DNA of 64,000 nt from Minisyncoccota bacterium (GCA_965204115.1 OZ241963.1:233293-297292); one strand, 5' to 3'. Counted from the stretch's first letter, positions 8,852 through 19,347 are shown. Translations and numbers: made by a program. The notes: generated from the letters alone by a model not told the origin.

Positions 8852-10000
8852 TTATTGCAGCGGCAGGCGGATTATTTTGTCGTCTCTGGGTTGGGTTGTG
8901 CCTCTGCCGTCGGTGTTGCTGGTTGTTATGTAGAGCATGGCATCCGGACCGATGATGGTGGTGCGGATTCTTCCGAATTGTTTGTGATGGTATCTTTGTA
9001 TTTCCGTTATTGTTGTGCCGTTTAGTACTGCTTTGTATACTGCTTCTCCGCGCAATCCTCCGAAGTAGATACTTCCGTTGTGGTATGCGGCACCTGCCGG
9101 TGCCCAGGTGATATTTGCACCGGAGTGTGCTTTCGGTCCTTCGGTTCCCTGCTTCACTTCGTCACCCTGGCTGTCAGGCCATCCATAGTTGCTGCCTGCG
9201 GTGATGAGGTTGACTTCATCAAGACCTGAGCGTATGCCTGAGCGTCCATGTTCGGTGCTCCATAAGTTCCCTTCTGAATCCCAGGTTATTCCCTGCGGGT
9301 TGCGGTGTCCGTATGAGTAGATTGGTGAGTTGGGAAAAGGGTTATCGTTCGGAATGGAGCCGTCATCGCGTAGGCGCAGTATTTTTCCCGCGAGTGAGTT
9401 GGTGTCTTGCGCGAGGTTTGGTTTGCCCGCGTCTCCGGTGGTTATGTATAGGTGGGTGTCGGGGCCGAATGCAATGCGACCGCCGTCATGGTATCGGGCG
9501 CCGGGAATGTCGTCTATGATAACCAGTGGCCCTGTGAGTGTTTCATCTTGGTAGGTGTAGCGTTCGACTTTGTTTTTTGTTGTGCCGTCGGGGAGTGCCT
9601 GATAGGTGTAGTACAGGTATAGGTAGTTATTTTCTGTAAATTTCGGATGTAGGGTCATGCCGAGCAGTCCGCCTTCTCCGCTTTCATACGAGCCGACTGT
9701 ATGTATCTGTCGTTTTTCAGTTTCTGTAATTAGCAAGATGTTGCCACTTCTCTCACTGACAAGCATGGCACCATTCGGTAAAAACACGATATCCCAGGGG
9801 ACATGTAAGTTATCAGCGATGATCTGCGGTGCTTGCTGTGTTTCATCAGTATCTGCGGCGGTATCTACGGCTGTGGTGTCATTTGTAACCGTGTTTATAT
9901 TGGTAGATTCCGGTTCTGGCAATACAAAAAGATTGGCGCGCGGAAGTATGAAATATAGCACGAGCGCACAGAGGATGCCTATACCGAGTAACCGTTTCAT
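8852..10000 (-). CDS. PQQ-dependent glucose/sorbosone dehydrogenase family protein
   Basis: GEGGLLG, HDGGRIAFGPD, LAGKILRL and YGHRNPQG motifs; N-terminal anchor. Confidence 0.9.
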   Translation of the reverse strand: MKRLLGIGILCALVLYFILPRANLFVLPEPESTNINTVTNDTTAVDTAADTDETQQAPQIIADNLHVPWDIVFLPNGAMLVSERSGNILLITETEKRQIHTVGSYESGEGGLLGMTLHPKFTENNYLYLYYTYQALPDGTTKNKVERYTYQDETLTGPLVIIDDIPGARYHDGGRIAFGPDTHLYITTGDAGKPNLAQDTNSLAGKILRLRDDGSIPNDNPFPNSPIYSYGHRNPQGITWDSEGNLWSTEHGRSGIRSGLDEVNLITAGSNYGWPDSQGDEVKQGTEGPKAHSGANITWAPAGAAYHNGSIYFGGLRGEAVYKAVLNGTTITEIQRYHHKQFGRIRTTIIGPDAMLYITTSNTDGRGTTQPRDDKIIRLPLQ

Positions 10001-10064
10001 ATCTCTCTTACTATACCACTAACCAGATGCACATGTCGGGAGTGCTACACTACCTATATACTCT

Positions 10065-10640
10065 ATGCGCGGATCATATCCTATACTCACCACCGATGCG
10101 TTTATCGTGCATACTCGCGGGATTGGTGAGGCGGATCGGGTTGTCACTGCGCTGACTCGGCGGCATGGGATGATGGAGGTGTATGCGCGGAGTGTTCGTA
10201 AGGAGGGCGCGAAGATGCGCGGTGATACGAAGCCGTATGCGCGGGTGTCGCTGTCTCTGGTGCTTGGTAAGCGCAGTATTTTAAAAGACATTACCATCAC
10301 CGACACGCTGGATGCGATATGGGGGTGCGAGGAAAAGTACACGGCGTTTGTTATGCTCTTACAGCATCTTCGGGTGTTTGTTCCGATTACTGAATCGTAT
10401 GATGAAACTCTGTTTGCCACGATTGAGGCGGCGGTGCAGCTTTTCCGGGAATCAGATCCGACATATGCGCAGCACATCCTTTTGATTGGGCAGGTGATGC
10501 TGCTTGCCGCGCTCGGCTATGTGTCCGATCAGGATATCGTGCCGGCGCGTTTTGCAGATATACTCACCGAAACAGCAGACAGTCCGCAGCAGCAAAAGGT
10601 AATGCAGCAGTACCTTCGGGATGCCCTGCACTACCAATAG
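10065..10640 (+). CDS. recO: DNA repair protein RecO
   Basis: GEADRVVTALTRRHG...ARSVRK N-terminal OB-fold pattern. Confidence 0.8.
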   Translation: MRGSYPILTTDAFIVHTRGIGEADRVVTALTRRHGMMEVYARSVRKEGAKMRGDTKPYARVSLSLVLGKRSILKDITITDTLDAIWGCEEKYTAFVMLLQHLRVFVPITESYDETLFATIEAAVQLFRESDPTYAQHILLIGQVMLLAALGYVSDQDIVPARFADILTETADSPQQQKVMQQYLRDALHYQ

Positions 10641-10645
10641 CAGCG

Positions 10646-13600
10646 TTATACAATGTCCGCGACAATTTTTGCGGTCAGTTCGTCACTCTCTATGGTAAAT
10701 TCAGTGCCCTCCTCCGGACTTGTCGCAACATAGGCGACGCTGCGTACCCGCACCTCCTGTTTTATTTTCTCTTCGTGTGCCTGTATATGTTTTAACTGCT
10801 CGGTAGGTATGTGTACCGACAGTGTGTCTGCTGTTCGTGTCGGTGAAAACCCTTTTTCTTTTCGTATTTTTTGGATATTGCGAACATACTCGCGTACGAA
10901 TCCTTCGGCGCGCAGTTCGTCTGTCAGCGTGGTGCTGAGCTCAATTGGCTTGGCAGCGGCAGGGTCAACAACCACCTCTTTCACATTCACCTCATCCCGA
11001 ATCAGTGCCTGCTGCTCCTCGTCAACTTCCTGCTGCACGATGACTTTCTGCAATGGCTGCCGCACCTTGATTCCCGCTTCCGCCCGCTGTTCGTGTGCCA
11101 CCGATACAATATCCCGCACCACAGCTGTTTTTTCTATCGCGTCTCTTTGAAACCACATTTTTTGCGGCCACTTTGTGAGGTGGACACTGTCCGGCAAAAA
11201 CATTTTTTGCGGATGGTGCTTTCGCATCTCTGAGAATAGGTGCTCGGCGTAGAATGGCGCGACCGGCGCGAGGCATTTTGCAAACTCGGTCAGGATGAAC
11301 CGCAGGGTCTCCCGCGCTTCCGCACCGTCGTCCGTTCGGTTCTTTATCCTGTCTCGTGAGCGGCGGATGTACCAGGTTGATAAGTCCTCCACAAATGCGC
11401 CGATTGGCGCGACTGCTTCGTCGATGTGGTACGACTCAAGCCCTTTCGTCATTGCATCCCGCATTTCAGCAAATCGGGAGCAGATATACTCGTCCAATAA
11501 GCTTCTGCCGCCCCGCTTGTGTGGTAGGTGCGCGTATATTAAATAGAATTTGAGGCAGTTATGCAGCCGCGCGTACACTTTTTTGTATACCTCATCAACC
11601 TGCTCATCCCGAAAATCAAGATCTTCTCCGCGCACCACCGGCGAGCCGAGGAGGTAGTGTCGCAGTGAATCCGCACCGTATCGATTAATGATCTGCATTG
11701 GGTCGGTGTAGTTTTGCAAACTCTTGCTCATCTTTTTACCGTCCGCGGCGCGAATTAAGCCGGTTACCACCACCTGCCGGTACGGCGACCGATCAAACGC
11801 TCCGACCGCGATCGTCATCAAACTGTAAAACCATCCTCGTGTTTGATCCAGCCCCTCACAGATGAAATCTGCCGGAAATCCGCGGCGCAGCAGCGGGTTA
11901 AAGATTCGCTTGTTCTCAAACGGATAGTGGTGTGATCCGTACGGCATCGCCCCTGATTCAAACCAGCAGTCAAATACCTCTTTTGTGTGGTACGCCGGGT
12001 TGCCGTCTGCGTCATTGAGCACCACCTCATCAATGTACGGTCGGTGCAGGTCAACCTCGCCGTTTTCATCCCGCCTCACATGCACATAGCGAATGGGGCA
12101 CACGCTCGCGTTGGCAAGCGGTTTTAAGATGGTGGTTTTTCTGTAGTTTTTTTGAAACTGTGCTTTGGTCGGCGCGATGGAGCGTGCCGTGTTGACAACC
12201 GCCCGATGGGTAACCACCACGATGTTCGCATCCTGATACTCTCTGTCCACTTTTTCAAAAAATCGCAGGATTCGTCCGTAGATGTCTAAAAATGATTCAC
12301 CGCCATCAATGGACTTGCTCATATCACGAAATGCGCCGACTTCGCGGATTGCCCGCCATAGCTCCTGCACCGGTCGATTATGTAAATTCGGCACCTGTAG
12401 TTCGGTCAACAGCGGCTCTTCAATCATTCTCGCGTCGGTCTCTTTTGCAATGTACTCTGCTGTTTCTTTCGTGCGGGTGAGCGGTGAATGAAAAATGATG
12501 GTCGGTTTCATGGGCTTCAGTTTCTGCGCCGTCTTTGCTGCCTGCTCTCTTCCCTTTTCGGTTAAGCCATCCCCCGGTTCTTTTTGACAGTTCAAAACAT
12601 TTTTTTCATTACTCACCGACTGCCCGTGTCGCACAAAGAAATAGCGGTTTCTCGGACGCATTTTTGCGTACATCTCTTCCAGCGAGCCGACGATGATGTG
12701 CTCTCCTGTCTTCTCCACCTTCCACGCCGGTATCGGCGCGCCCCAGAAGCGGTTTCGCGATACCGCCCACTCCCGCGCTCCGGCAAGCCAATTGCCGAAC
12801 CGTCCGTCCCGAATATGCCCCGGTACCCACTTGACCTTTTTGTTCTCGGCAACCATGCGATCTTTGATTTGTTCCGAATGCACAAACCACGAATCGGTGG
12901 CATAGTTCAGCAGCGGTGTTGTGCATCGCCAGCACACCGGGTAGGCGTGCTCTATCGGCTCGCTGTGCAGTAGCAGACCTTTGTTCTGTAAATCTTGGAG
13001 TATTTTTTCGTCCACTGTTTTTGTGTTGCCCGCTTCTTTCGGACGCAAGCCGGCATACTCTTCCAGCTGCGGCACAAACACGCCGTCTTTCGTCACATGG
13101 TGTCGAATCGGCAGTCCCTCCTTCTCCGCGGTTTCCATGTCGTCGGCTCCGTATGCCGGTGCGAGGTGTACAATGCCGGTGCCGACCCCCTGCTCAATAT
13201 ATGGCACCCGCTGCACGCGCCATAGTTTCTTTTTTACCTGCGCATCGTCTTTGGCGTAGAGGTGGTCGAAGGGTGGTGTGTACTCTTTTCCGACCAGTTC
13301 GGAACCCTTTTTTGTCCCTGTGGCTGTGCCGCCGTCCACGATGTGTGCTGCGTCCTGATGCAGGATATATTTCTTTCCTTCCCGCTCGACGACCGCATAC
13401 TCCATACTCTCGTCCACACCGAGTGCGACATTGCCGAACAGTGTCCATGGCGTTGTTGTCCACGCAACGAGACAGGTGTTCGGATCATCTTTCAGCGGAA
13501 ATAGCACATACACTGCCGTGTCGGTCAGCGGCTCATAGCTATCCGCGACCTCTGCGTTGGAGATGACCGTCGAGCAGCGCGGACACAGGTGTAGTGACTT

Positions 13601-14167
13601 GAAGCCATTGCTCACCAAGCCCCGCCGGTGCAGCCGATGAAAGACTGACCACACCGATTCCATATATGGTGTGTTGAGCGTGCGATAGTCGTTCTCCATG
13701 TCCACCCACCGACCGATCCGCGGAATAATCTGTTTCCACTCGTCCACATAGGTAAAGATGGTGTCGCGAATACCGCGGTTAAATTTTTCTATGCCGTATT
13801 CTTCAATGTCCCGCTTTGTCTTTGTCCCGATTTTTTTCTCCATTTCCACCTCAGGCGGCAGTCCGTGGCAATCCCATCCCCACCGACGCAGCACCTGATA
13901 CCCCCGCATCGTCTTATACCGCGGCACCACATCTTTCACGATGCTCGCCAAAATGTTGCCGAAATGCGGCAGTCCCGTCGCGAATGGCGGGCCGTCGTAC
14001 ATAATAAATTGTCTTTTCGGGATGAGTTTTTGTGTTATTCGCTGCAAAAAGCTTTTTTTCTCCCGCCCCTCACTCTTTTCAAAAATGCTGTTTTCCCGCC
14101 AAAACCGTAGCACCCGTTCCTCCCGACCGGCAACCGTTTCCCGTTTTTCGCCTCCCTTTTCAGCCAT
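10646..14167 (-). CDS. ileS: isoleucine--tRNA ligase (type 2) with inserted histidine-phosphatase domain
   Basis: DGPPFATGLPHFGN, GWDCHGLP, WTTTPWTL, GLDQTRGWFY, KMSKS; insert carries RHGQS. Confidence 0.95.
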   Translation of the reverse strand: MAEKGGEKRETVAGREERVLRFWRENSIFEKSEGREKKSFLQRITQKLIPKRQFIMYDGPPFATGLPHFGNILASIVKDVVPRYKTMRGYQVLRRWGWDCHGLPPEVEMEKKIGTKTKRDIEEYGIEKFNRGIRDTIFTYVDEWKQIIPRIGRWVDMENDYRTLNTPYMESVWSVFHRLHRRGLVSNGFKSLHLCPRCSTVISNAEVADSYEPLTDTAVYVLFPLKDDPNTCLVAWTTTPWTLFGNVALGVDESMEYAVVEREGKKYILHQDAAHIVDGGTATGTKKGSELVGKEYTPPFDHLYAKDDAQVKKKLWRVQRVPYIEQGVGTGIVHLAPAYGADDMETAEKEGLPIRHHVTKDGVFVPQLEEYAGLRPKEAGNTKTVDEKILQDLQNKGLLLHSEPIEHAYPVCWRCTTPLLNYATDSWFVHSEQIKDRMVAENKKVKWVPGHIRDGRFGNWLAGAREWAVSRNRFWGAPIPAWKVEKTGEHIIVGSLEEMYAKMRPRNRYFFVRHGQSVSNEKNVLNCQKEPGDGLTEKGREQAAKTAQKLKPMKPTIIFHSPLTRTKETAEYIAKETDARMIEEPLLTELQVPNLHNRPVQELWRAIREVGAFRDMSKSIDGGESFLDIYGRILRFFEKVDREYQDANIVVVTHRAVVNTARSIAPTKAQFQKNYRKTTILKPLANASVCPIRYVHVRRDENGEVDLHRPYIDEVVLNDADGNPAYHTKEVFDCWFESGAMPYGSHHYPFENKRIFNPLLRRGFPADFICEGLDQTRGWFYSLMTIAVGAFDRSPYRQVVVTGLIRAADGKKMSKSLQNYTDPMQIINRYGADSLRHYLLGSPVVRGEDLDFRDEQVDEVYKKVYARLHNCLKFYLIYAHLPHKRGGRSLLDEYICSRFAEMRDAMTKGLESYHIDEAVAPIGAFVEDLSTWYIRRSRDRIKNRTDDGAEARETLRFILTEFAKCLAPVAPFYAEHLFSEMRKHHPQKMFLPDSVHLTKWPQKMWFQRDAIEKTAVVRDIVSVAHEQRAEAGIKVRQPLQKVIVQQEVDEEQQALIRDEVNVKEVVVDPAAAKPIELSTTLTDELRAEGFVREYVRNIQKIRKEKGFSPTRTADTLSVHIPTEQLKHIQAHEEKIKQEVRVRSVAYVATSPEEGTEFTIESDELTAKIVADIV

Positions 14168-14240
14168 AATACCAGTATTGTACCATAACCACCCTGCTGC
14201 TTGCGGTCTAAAAGGTCGGCACGAAATCGGTAGCTATGCC

Positions 14241-16808
14241 TTATTGAGAGGTTTTACTGAGGTCTCCGATGGCGACCCAGCCCTCTTCGTAGCTTACGGG
14301 TGGTGCCTGTTTTTCTCTCTTTGGTGCGACTTTGAGATCTTTTTGTAGGCCGGTTGATTTTGTTGATTTTACTAAATCACCCAATCCGCCGCTGATGTTT
14401 GGGCGTGGTTGCGGTTGCTGTTTTTTTGGTGCTTCCTGCTGTTTGTTTTCTGTATCCGGCTTTGTGACCGACTGCTCGGTCGGTGGTGGCGCTGCCATAC
14501 TGCGTGCAATGGTTCCGGTGATCACGCCGTTTGGTCGGCGGACGGTGTCGGGTTCCTGCTGCTGCCTTTCCTGCCTTCTTCGCTGAGTCAATCTTTCATT
14601 TTTTGCTAATCTGTTTCTCTCTTGCTTTGTTTGTGCGATTGGCTTGTGCGAAGGTGTCTGCCTTTGTGTGTTCTGCCGGGGGTGTTGTGGCCTTTCCGAC
14701 TGCTGGCGCCTGTCCAGTGCAGGAGTTCTACCTCTCTGCCTTTCAGTGTTTCTGTGCTGCTGCGGTTTGCGTTGCTCGGGTCGCTCAGGTCGCTGTCTAC
14801 TGTTGTTGTGGCGTGTGTCATTTCTTTCTCTTTGGGAGGGGCGCTTGTTTCTTAGTTCGCGCGGCCTTTCAGGAGCGGCATCTCGTGTGCGCTGTGGCGC
14901 AGTGTTTCTTGGTTCACGCTCCTGCCGTCTTTCGTTTCTTTTGCGGTCGGTGCGCTGTGGTTTCTGTATGTCCGCTTTGCGAGTATCTCTTTGTATATTC
15001 ATACCATCGTCTTTCTTTTCGGACACAGCAGGCGTGATGGGGTACTCTTTTTTCTCTTTTGGTTCGTGTGCTGTCTTCTGTGCCGGTGTTGGGGTTGGCG
15101 CTGCTTCAGTACTTTCTGTATCTGACACCGGCTCCGGCTCCGGTTGATTTCGTTTGAAAATTCCTTTGAGTAGCGGCGCGCGCTTTTTTTCAGTGCTTGC
15201 TGCATCTGCTCTCTCATCTCTGCTGTCTGCTTTGCTGTCTGTCTTAACGATAGGGACCGACTTGGCATCTTGTTTTTCTGCCTTGGCTTTGCTGTCGTCT
15301 TGTGCGGTTTGTTTTTTCGGCTTTTCTGTTTTTTGTTTTTCGGTATTCGTCTGTCCGCTGCCGTGTTGCTGTATCTGTTGCACTAATCCTTTCAGCGGGG
15401 TGTGCGTCTCGTTTCCTTTTTGGCCGCCCTGTTTCTTTCTATCAGAGCCCTGCTGTTTGCCGCCTTTCCCTGTTTTTTCTTTTGCCTTTTCATCCTCCGC
15501 CAAGTTATCCGCGACTATTTTTTCTATCACATCCCGGTCAACGCCGTAGGTGTCCATTGTCCGCTGCACCACCTCTTCTTCCATTGAATCTTCAGTCGGC
15601 GGCGGCTCAAAGAAAGTTCGCGCAGAAAACGGCACAGACCCCGCGCCGTCAATGTTCAAGGTGAGGTAGATGTGGTATCGTGGCAGCGCGACTAAGTCCT
15701 CCTCCGCGATGTCCGGCGCGAATTGCTTTGAGATAATTTCCGCGTCAACCGGACCAACCCGAAACGATACAAAGGTGCCGACATTGCCGAACACTGCATC
15801 CCGAATCGCGTCTCCTCCGCCGGTGTCATCGGTATACAGCTGCCCTAAATACTGGTGCGCCATCACCAAATTCAGCTTGTACTTCCGCGCCTCGGATAGG
15901 ATGTCGGAAAAAGAGGAGTTTGCGAATGATTGGAACTCGTCAACGAAAAAGTTGCACGGGTTTGCTGCTTCCAGATGGGCGCGATCCAGATCGCTCCGTG
16001 ATAGTGCGGCGAGGTAGATTTTGGTCGTGAACAACACGCCGAGCATGCGCGCGTTGTTCTCGCCGACCTGCCCTTTTGAAAGGTTTACCAGCAGTATCTT
16101 CCCTTCATCCATAATCTCCCGAAAATTAAACGCTGACTTTTCCTGCCCGATGATGTTTCGCATCAGCGGGTTGGAGGTGAACTGTCCGAGCTTGTTTTGG
16201 ATGGATGGTGTCGCCTCCTGTGCGTACCGCTCGGTATAGTTTGCGTATTCCTCAACCCAGTATTTCCGCACCTGCGGGTCTTTCAGGTTGGCAACCACCT
16301 TTTCACGAAAATCTTTGCTGGAATACATCCGCCCCACATCAAGCAGCGTTGTTCCCGGATACTCAATCAACGCCAACAGTGTGTTCTGTAAAATGTACGC
16401 CATTCGATCCGACCAAGTTCCCGCTCCCCAAATCTTTTCAAATGAGGCCATTAAGCTGCTTACCACCAAATGCCGTTTATCGTATCCGATGTCCTCCATA
16501 ATGTTCAGCCCAATCGGTTTTTCCTGGTAGTGCGGTGCGAAGTAGATGATCTTGTCCAGATGCTCCGGTGTCACATACTTCAGCAGTGCCTCAACGGATT
16601 GACCGTGCGGATCCATAAATATCAGCCCGGTGCCGTTGCGAATGTCCTGCATCGCCAGCATTTCTAACAGCGTTGACTTTCCGGTTCCTGTCTGCCCGAT
16701 GACATAGATATGCCGTGACCGATCCTTTTCCTTAATGCCGAAGCGCACGGTATTCCCCCGCTTTTCTAATTCTCCCACTTGTACTATTCTTTCAGGATCG
16801 TATGCCAT
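14241..16808 (-). CDS. VirD4/TraD-like (DUF87) P-loop ATPase with long low-complexity C-tail
   Basis: GQTGTGKST Walker A, DPHG, VDEFQSF and SEARKY motifs. Confidence 0.85.
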   Translation of the reverse strand: MAYDPERIVQVGELEKRGNTVRFGIKEKDRSRHIYVIGQTGTGKSTLLEMLAMQDIRNGTGLIFMDPHGQSVEALLKYVTPEHLDKIIYFAPHYQEKPIGLNIMEDIGYDKRHLVVSSLMASFEKIWGAGTWSDRMAYILQNTLLALIEYPGTTLLDVGRMYSSKDFREKVVANLKDPQVRKYWVEEYANYTERYAQEATPSIQNKLGQFTSNPLMRNIIGQEKSAFNFREIMDEGKILLVNLSKGQVGENNARMLGVLFTTKIYLAALSRSDLDRAHLEAANPCNFFVDEFQSFANSSFSDILSEARKYKLNLVMAHQYLGQLYTDDTGGGDAIRDAVFGNVGTFVSFRVGPVDAEIISKQFAPDIAEEDLVALPRYHIYLTLNIDGAGSVPFSARTFFEPPPTEDSMEEEVVQRTMDTYGVDRDVIEKIVADNLAEDEKAKEKTGKGGKQQGSDRKKQGGQKGNETHTPLKGLVQQIQQHGSGQTNTEKQKTEKPKKQTAQDDSKAKAEKQDAKSVPIVKTDSKADSRDERADAASTEKKRAPLLKGIFKRNQPEPEPVSDTESTEAAPTPTPAQKTAHEPKEKKEYPITPAVSEKKDDGMNIQRDTRKADIQKPQRTDRKRNERRQEREPRNTAPQRTRDAAPERPRELRNKRPSQRERNDTRHNNSRQRPERPEQRKPQQHRNTERQRGRTPALDRRQQSERPQHPRQNTQRQTPSHKPIAQTKQERNRLAKNERLTQRRRQERQQQEPDTVRRPNGVITGTIARSMAAPPPTEQSVTKPDTENKQQEAPKKQQPQPRPNISGGLGDLVKSTKSTGLQKDLKVAPKREKQAPPVSYEEGWVAIGDLSKTSQ

Positions 16809-16813
16809 AGGTA

Positions 16814-17008
16814 TTATTCTTTGGTAGCGTGCTCTGCTTCGTCTTCTTCTCTTTTCTCAGCAATATGCCGTGTGCCGCTGTACACCGAGTAGATAAAGAA
16901 TAAAGCTCCTAATCCAAATGCTACCCATCGCATCCACTCCGACGGCACTCCCACAAACGGAAACGACAGCAGCACAACACTCGCGACAAATATGAGACGG
17001 TATATCAT
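16814..17008 (-). CDS. small two-TM membrane protein
   Basis: 64 aa, TATACT 9 nt upstream of ATG. Confidence 0.65.
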   Translation of the reverse strand: MIYRLIFVASVVLLSFPFVGVPSEWMRWVAFGLGALFFIYSVYSGTRHIAEKREEDEAEHATKE

Positions 17009-17033
17009 ATAGTTTTAGTATACAGCACGCATT

Positions 17034-17936
17034 CTATGCCGCTTTTCTTCCGCTAATGTGTGACTCCGGGTCGCAGATGATGAGTGAGGCAATGTCCTCC
17101 TCGAAGTTTGTTGCGTTACTTTCCTCCCTCATCGCCCTCCCTCTTTCATAGAGGTGCAGAGAAATACTCTTTCCGTCTTCGTGTTCGGCAATAAATTTTT
17201 CTGTCGCATCCGGTCCTATGCCGTACTGCTTGACATCCATGATGTACACATCATCTCCCACAATAACCGCCTCTGTGTAGATAGATTTGGTGGTGGTTGC
17301 CGTGTCATGCACACTCCCCCAGTGGGGAATTTCTTCTCCCCACTTGTCTTTATCGCTCTGAATAATGTCTGAGTATTTTCTCGGCGGCTCTTCGGTTATA
17401 TGTATCTCTTTCGGTCGCACATAATATGTTTCTTTTACTCTTTCCAGAATTTTTTGTTTCAGCATCTCTGCTCTTTCTTTTCGCATTTGTTCCTTAATCT
17501 CTTCTCTTTTCAATCTTTCCCTCTCTTTGCGATCAGATTCCACTATCGCTGCAAGCTCCGGGCTAATCAACTCCTCTTTCTGTAATATGAGGAAAAAAAC
17601 ATTGTTGTCAAAATGCTCGCTTTGGATATCGTCATCGTCAAAGTGCTCATTTTGAATGAGGGGTTCCAAAGTGTCAAGAAGGTTCGGGACATTTTTCATC
17701 CATCGGGGAAATTGATTCAGGAGGTCTCTCGCCTCTGCCTTGCTTTCTTTGTATTTTTCACGGGCAGAATACCATCTTCCTTTCACGGTCAGAAAGCCGT
17801 CCAGTGTCAGACGGGCGGCTTTGTCATCATCTTCCAGGAAAAATTTTCCCACCCCTTCCCGGTTTCTGTGCCTAAACTCATTCTTCTTCGGGCTAAACTT
17901 CCGTCTGTGTTCTGCGTTGACTCTTATTCTCTTCAT
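17034..17936 (-). CDS. hypothetical protein
   Basis: ~300-aa charged ORF; start chosen at MKRIRV. Confidence 0.6.
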   Translation of the reverse strand: MKRIRVNAEHRRKFSPKKNEFRHRNREGVGKFFLEDDDKAARLTLDGFLTVKGRWYSAREKYKESKAEARDLLNQFPRWMKNVPNLLDTLEPLIQNEHFDDDDIQSEHFDNNVFFLILQKEELISPELAAIVESDRKERERLKREEIKEQMRKERAEMLKQKILERVKETYYVRPKEIHITEEPPRKYSDIIQSDKDKWGEEIPHWGSVHDTATTTKSIYTEAVIVGDDVYIMDVKQYGIGPDATEKFIAEHEDGKSISLHLYERGRAMREESNATNFEEDIASLIICDPESHISGRKAA

Positions 17937-17987
17937 ACAGTGATAGTATCGCCTGTGTCCTATCACTTATCAAAACTTTTGCACGCC

Positions 17988-18686
17988 TTACTTTTGTTTC
18001 TGCAAACTGGAGATGATAAGTACGATTTCGCCGCGTACTTTGTCCGAGTGTGTCGTGTAGTATGCCAGCACCTCTTCTGCGGTTCCGCTGACGATTTGCT
18101 CGTGCACCTTTGTCATTTCACGGGCAACGATGACTTCTCGCACAGGGTCAAGGTGTTCTCGGAGCGCGCCCAATGTTTTGAGCAGTCGGTGCGGTGCTTC
18201 GTAGCACACGACAGTTCGCTTTTCATCGGCGATTTCCTGAAACAGCGTGTTTCGTCCTTTCTTGCGCGGGAGAAACCCAAGAAACAAAAATGATGAGCTC
18301 GGCGCGCCGGAGGCGGATAGCGCGGCAGTAACTGCGGATGCGCCCGGCACCGTGCGGATGTCCGCCGTCTCCCCTAACTCCTCGCGAACACGCCGGACAA
18401 ACTTCACTCCAGGATCAGAGATGGTCGGCGTGCCGGCATCAGACACCAGCGCGATGGATTTCCCCTTTTGCAAGAGTGTGATCGCCCGCGCGATTTTTCC
18501 GAACCCGCTGTATGAATGGTACGATACGCAGTTTGTGTCAATCGCATAGTGTGCCAGCAATTTTTTTGTCACCCGTGTGTCTTCACAAAATATAGTGTCC
18601 GCTGCCCGTAGAGTTTCAATGGCGCGATATGACATATCGGCAAGATTGCCGATTGGCGTTGCGACGACGAAAAGCGTTCCATACAT
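17988..18686 (-). CDS. rsmI: 16S rRNA (cytidine1402-2'-O)-methyltransferase
   Basis: VATPIGNL, CEDTRVT, SDAGTPTISDPG, YEAPHR, REMTK. Confidence 0.95.
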   Translation of the reverse strand: MYGTLFVVATPIGNLADMSYRAIETLRAADTIFCEDTRVTKKLLAHYAIDTNCVSYHSYSGFGKIARAITLLQKGKSIALVSDAGTPTISDPGVKFVRRVREELGETADIRTVPGASAVTAALSASGAPSSSFLFLGFLPRKKGRNTLFQEIADEKRTVVCYEAPHRLLKTLGALREHLDPVREVIVAREMTKVHEQIVSGTAEEVLAYYTTHSDKVRGEIVLIISSLQKQK

Positions 18687-18738
18687 TACCTACAGTGTAA
18701 CAACATTCCCCTTTTTGTGCTACACTGCAAAAAAAGAT

Positions 18739-19089
18739 ATGGAGGGAACAGTAAAATCATTTGAGGAGTATCATACGAAGACCGACGCAACCGCTATCTA
18801 TGATCGCGGTGATGCAATCAGAGAATTGTCATACCTTTCTCTCGGCTTAAACGGCGAGGCAGGTGAAGTTGCTGACAAGGTGAAGAAAGTTATTCGCGAT
18901 GATGGCGGCAACCTCTCTTCCGAGCACAAAGATGCTCTGGCGAAAGAGCTCGGTGATGTGCTGTGGTACCTCACACAACTTTCCCGAGCAATCGGCACCT
19001 CGCTTGAAGCGGTGGCGACTATGAATATCAAAAAGCTTGCGGAACGCAAGAAGGGCAACACTTTGCGCGGCTCCGGGGATGATCGCTGA
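18739..19089 (+). CDS. MazG-like nucleotide pyrophosphohydrolase
   Basis: GEAGEVADKVKK...ELGDVLWY...GSGDDR. Confidence 0.9.
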   Translation: MEGTVKSFEEYHTKTDATAIYDRGDAIRELSYLSLGLNGEAGEVADKVKKVIRDDGGNLSSEHKDALAKELGDVLWYLTQLSRAIGTSLEAVATMNIKKLAERKKGNTLRGSGDDR

Positions 19090-19129
19090 AAACCTGACCA
19101 TAGCCCTATAGCAGCGCTCACCTTAAGCG

Positions 19130-19285
19130 CTACTTGGTTTCCTTGTAGGTGGTATGTTTGCGGAGTTTTTGGTTATATTTATTCAGCACAAGCGGATCCG
19201 GGTTTTGCTTCCGGTTTTTACGGGTAACATAATGGATATCCCCGGTCTCCTCACATTTCATCCTTATTAGGTTATCTTGTGACAT
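19130..19285 (-). CDS. rpmG: 50S ribosomal protein L33
   Basis: YVTRKNRK...LNKYNQKLRKHTTYKETK. Confidence 0.92.
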   Translation of the reverse strand: MSQDNLIRMKCEETGDIHYVTRKNRKQNPDPLVLNKYNQKLRKHTTYKETK

Positions 19286-19347
19286 ATGTGCTTTAGTATA
19301 CCACACTGTCGCATTATTTTTCAAAAAAGTGGTATACTCACTTCATC

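Noticed and set aside
14241-16808. Conjugative element / ICE
   Set aside because: The ATPase sits among core genes with no relaxase, integrase or mating-pair genes; typical of chromosomal CPR VirD4-like genes.
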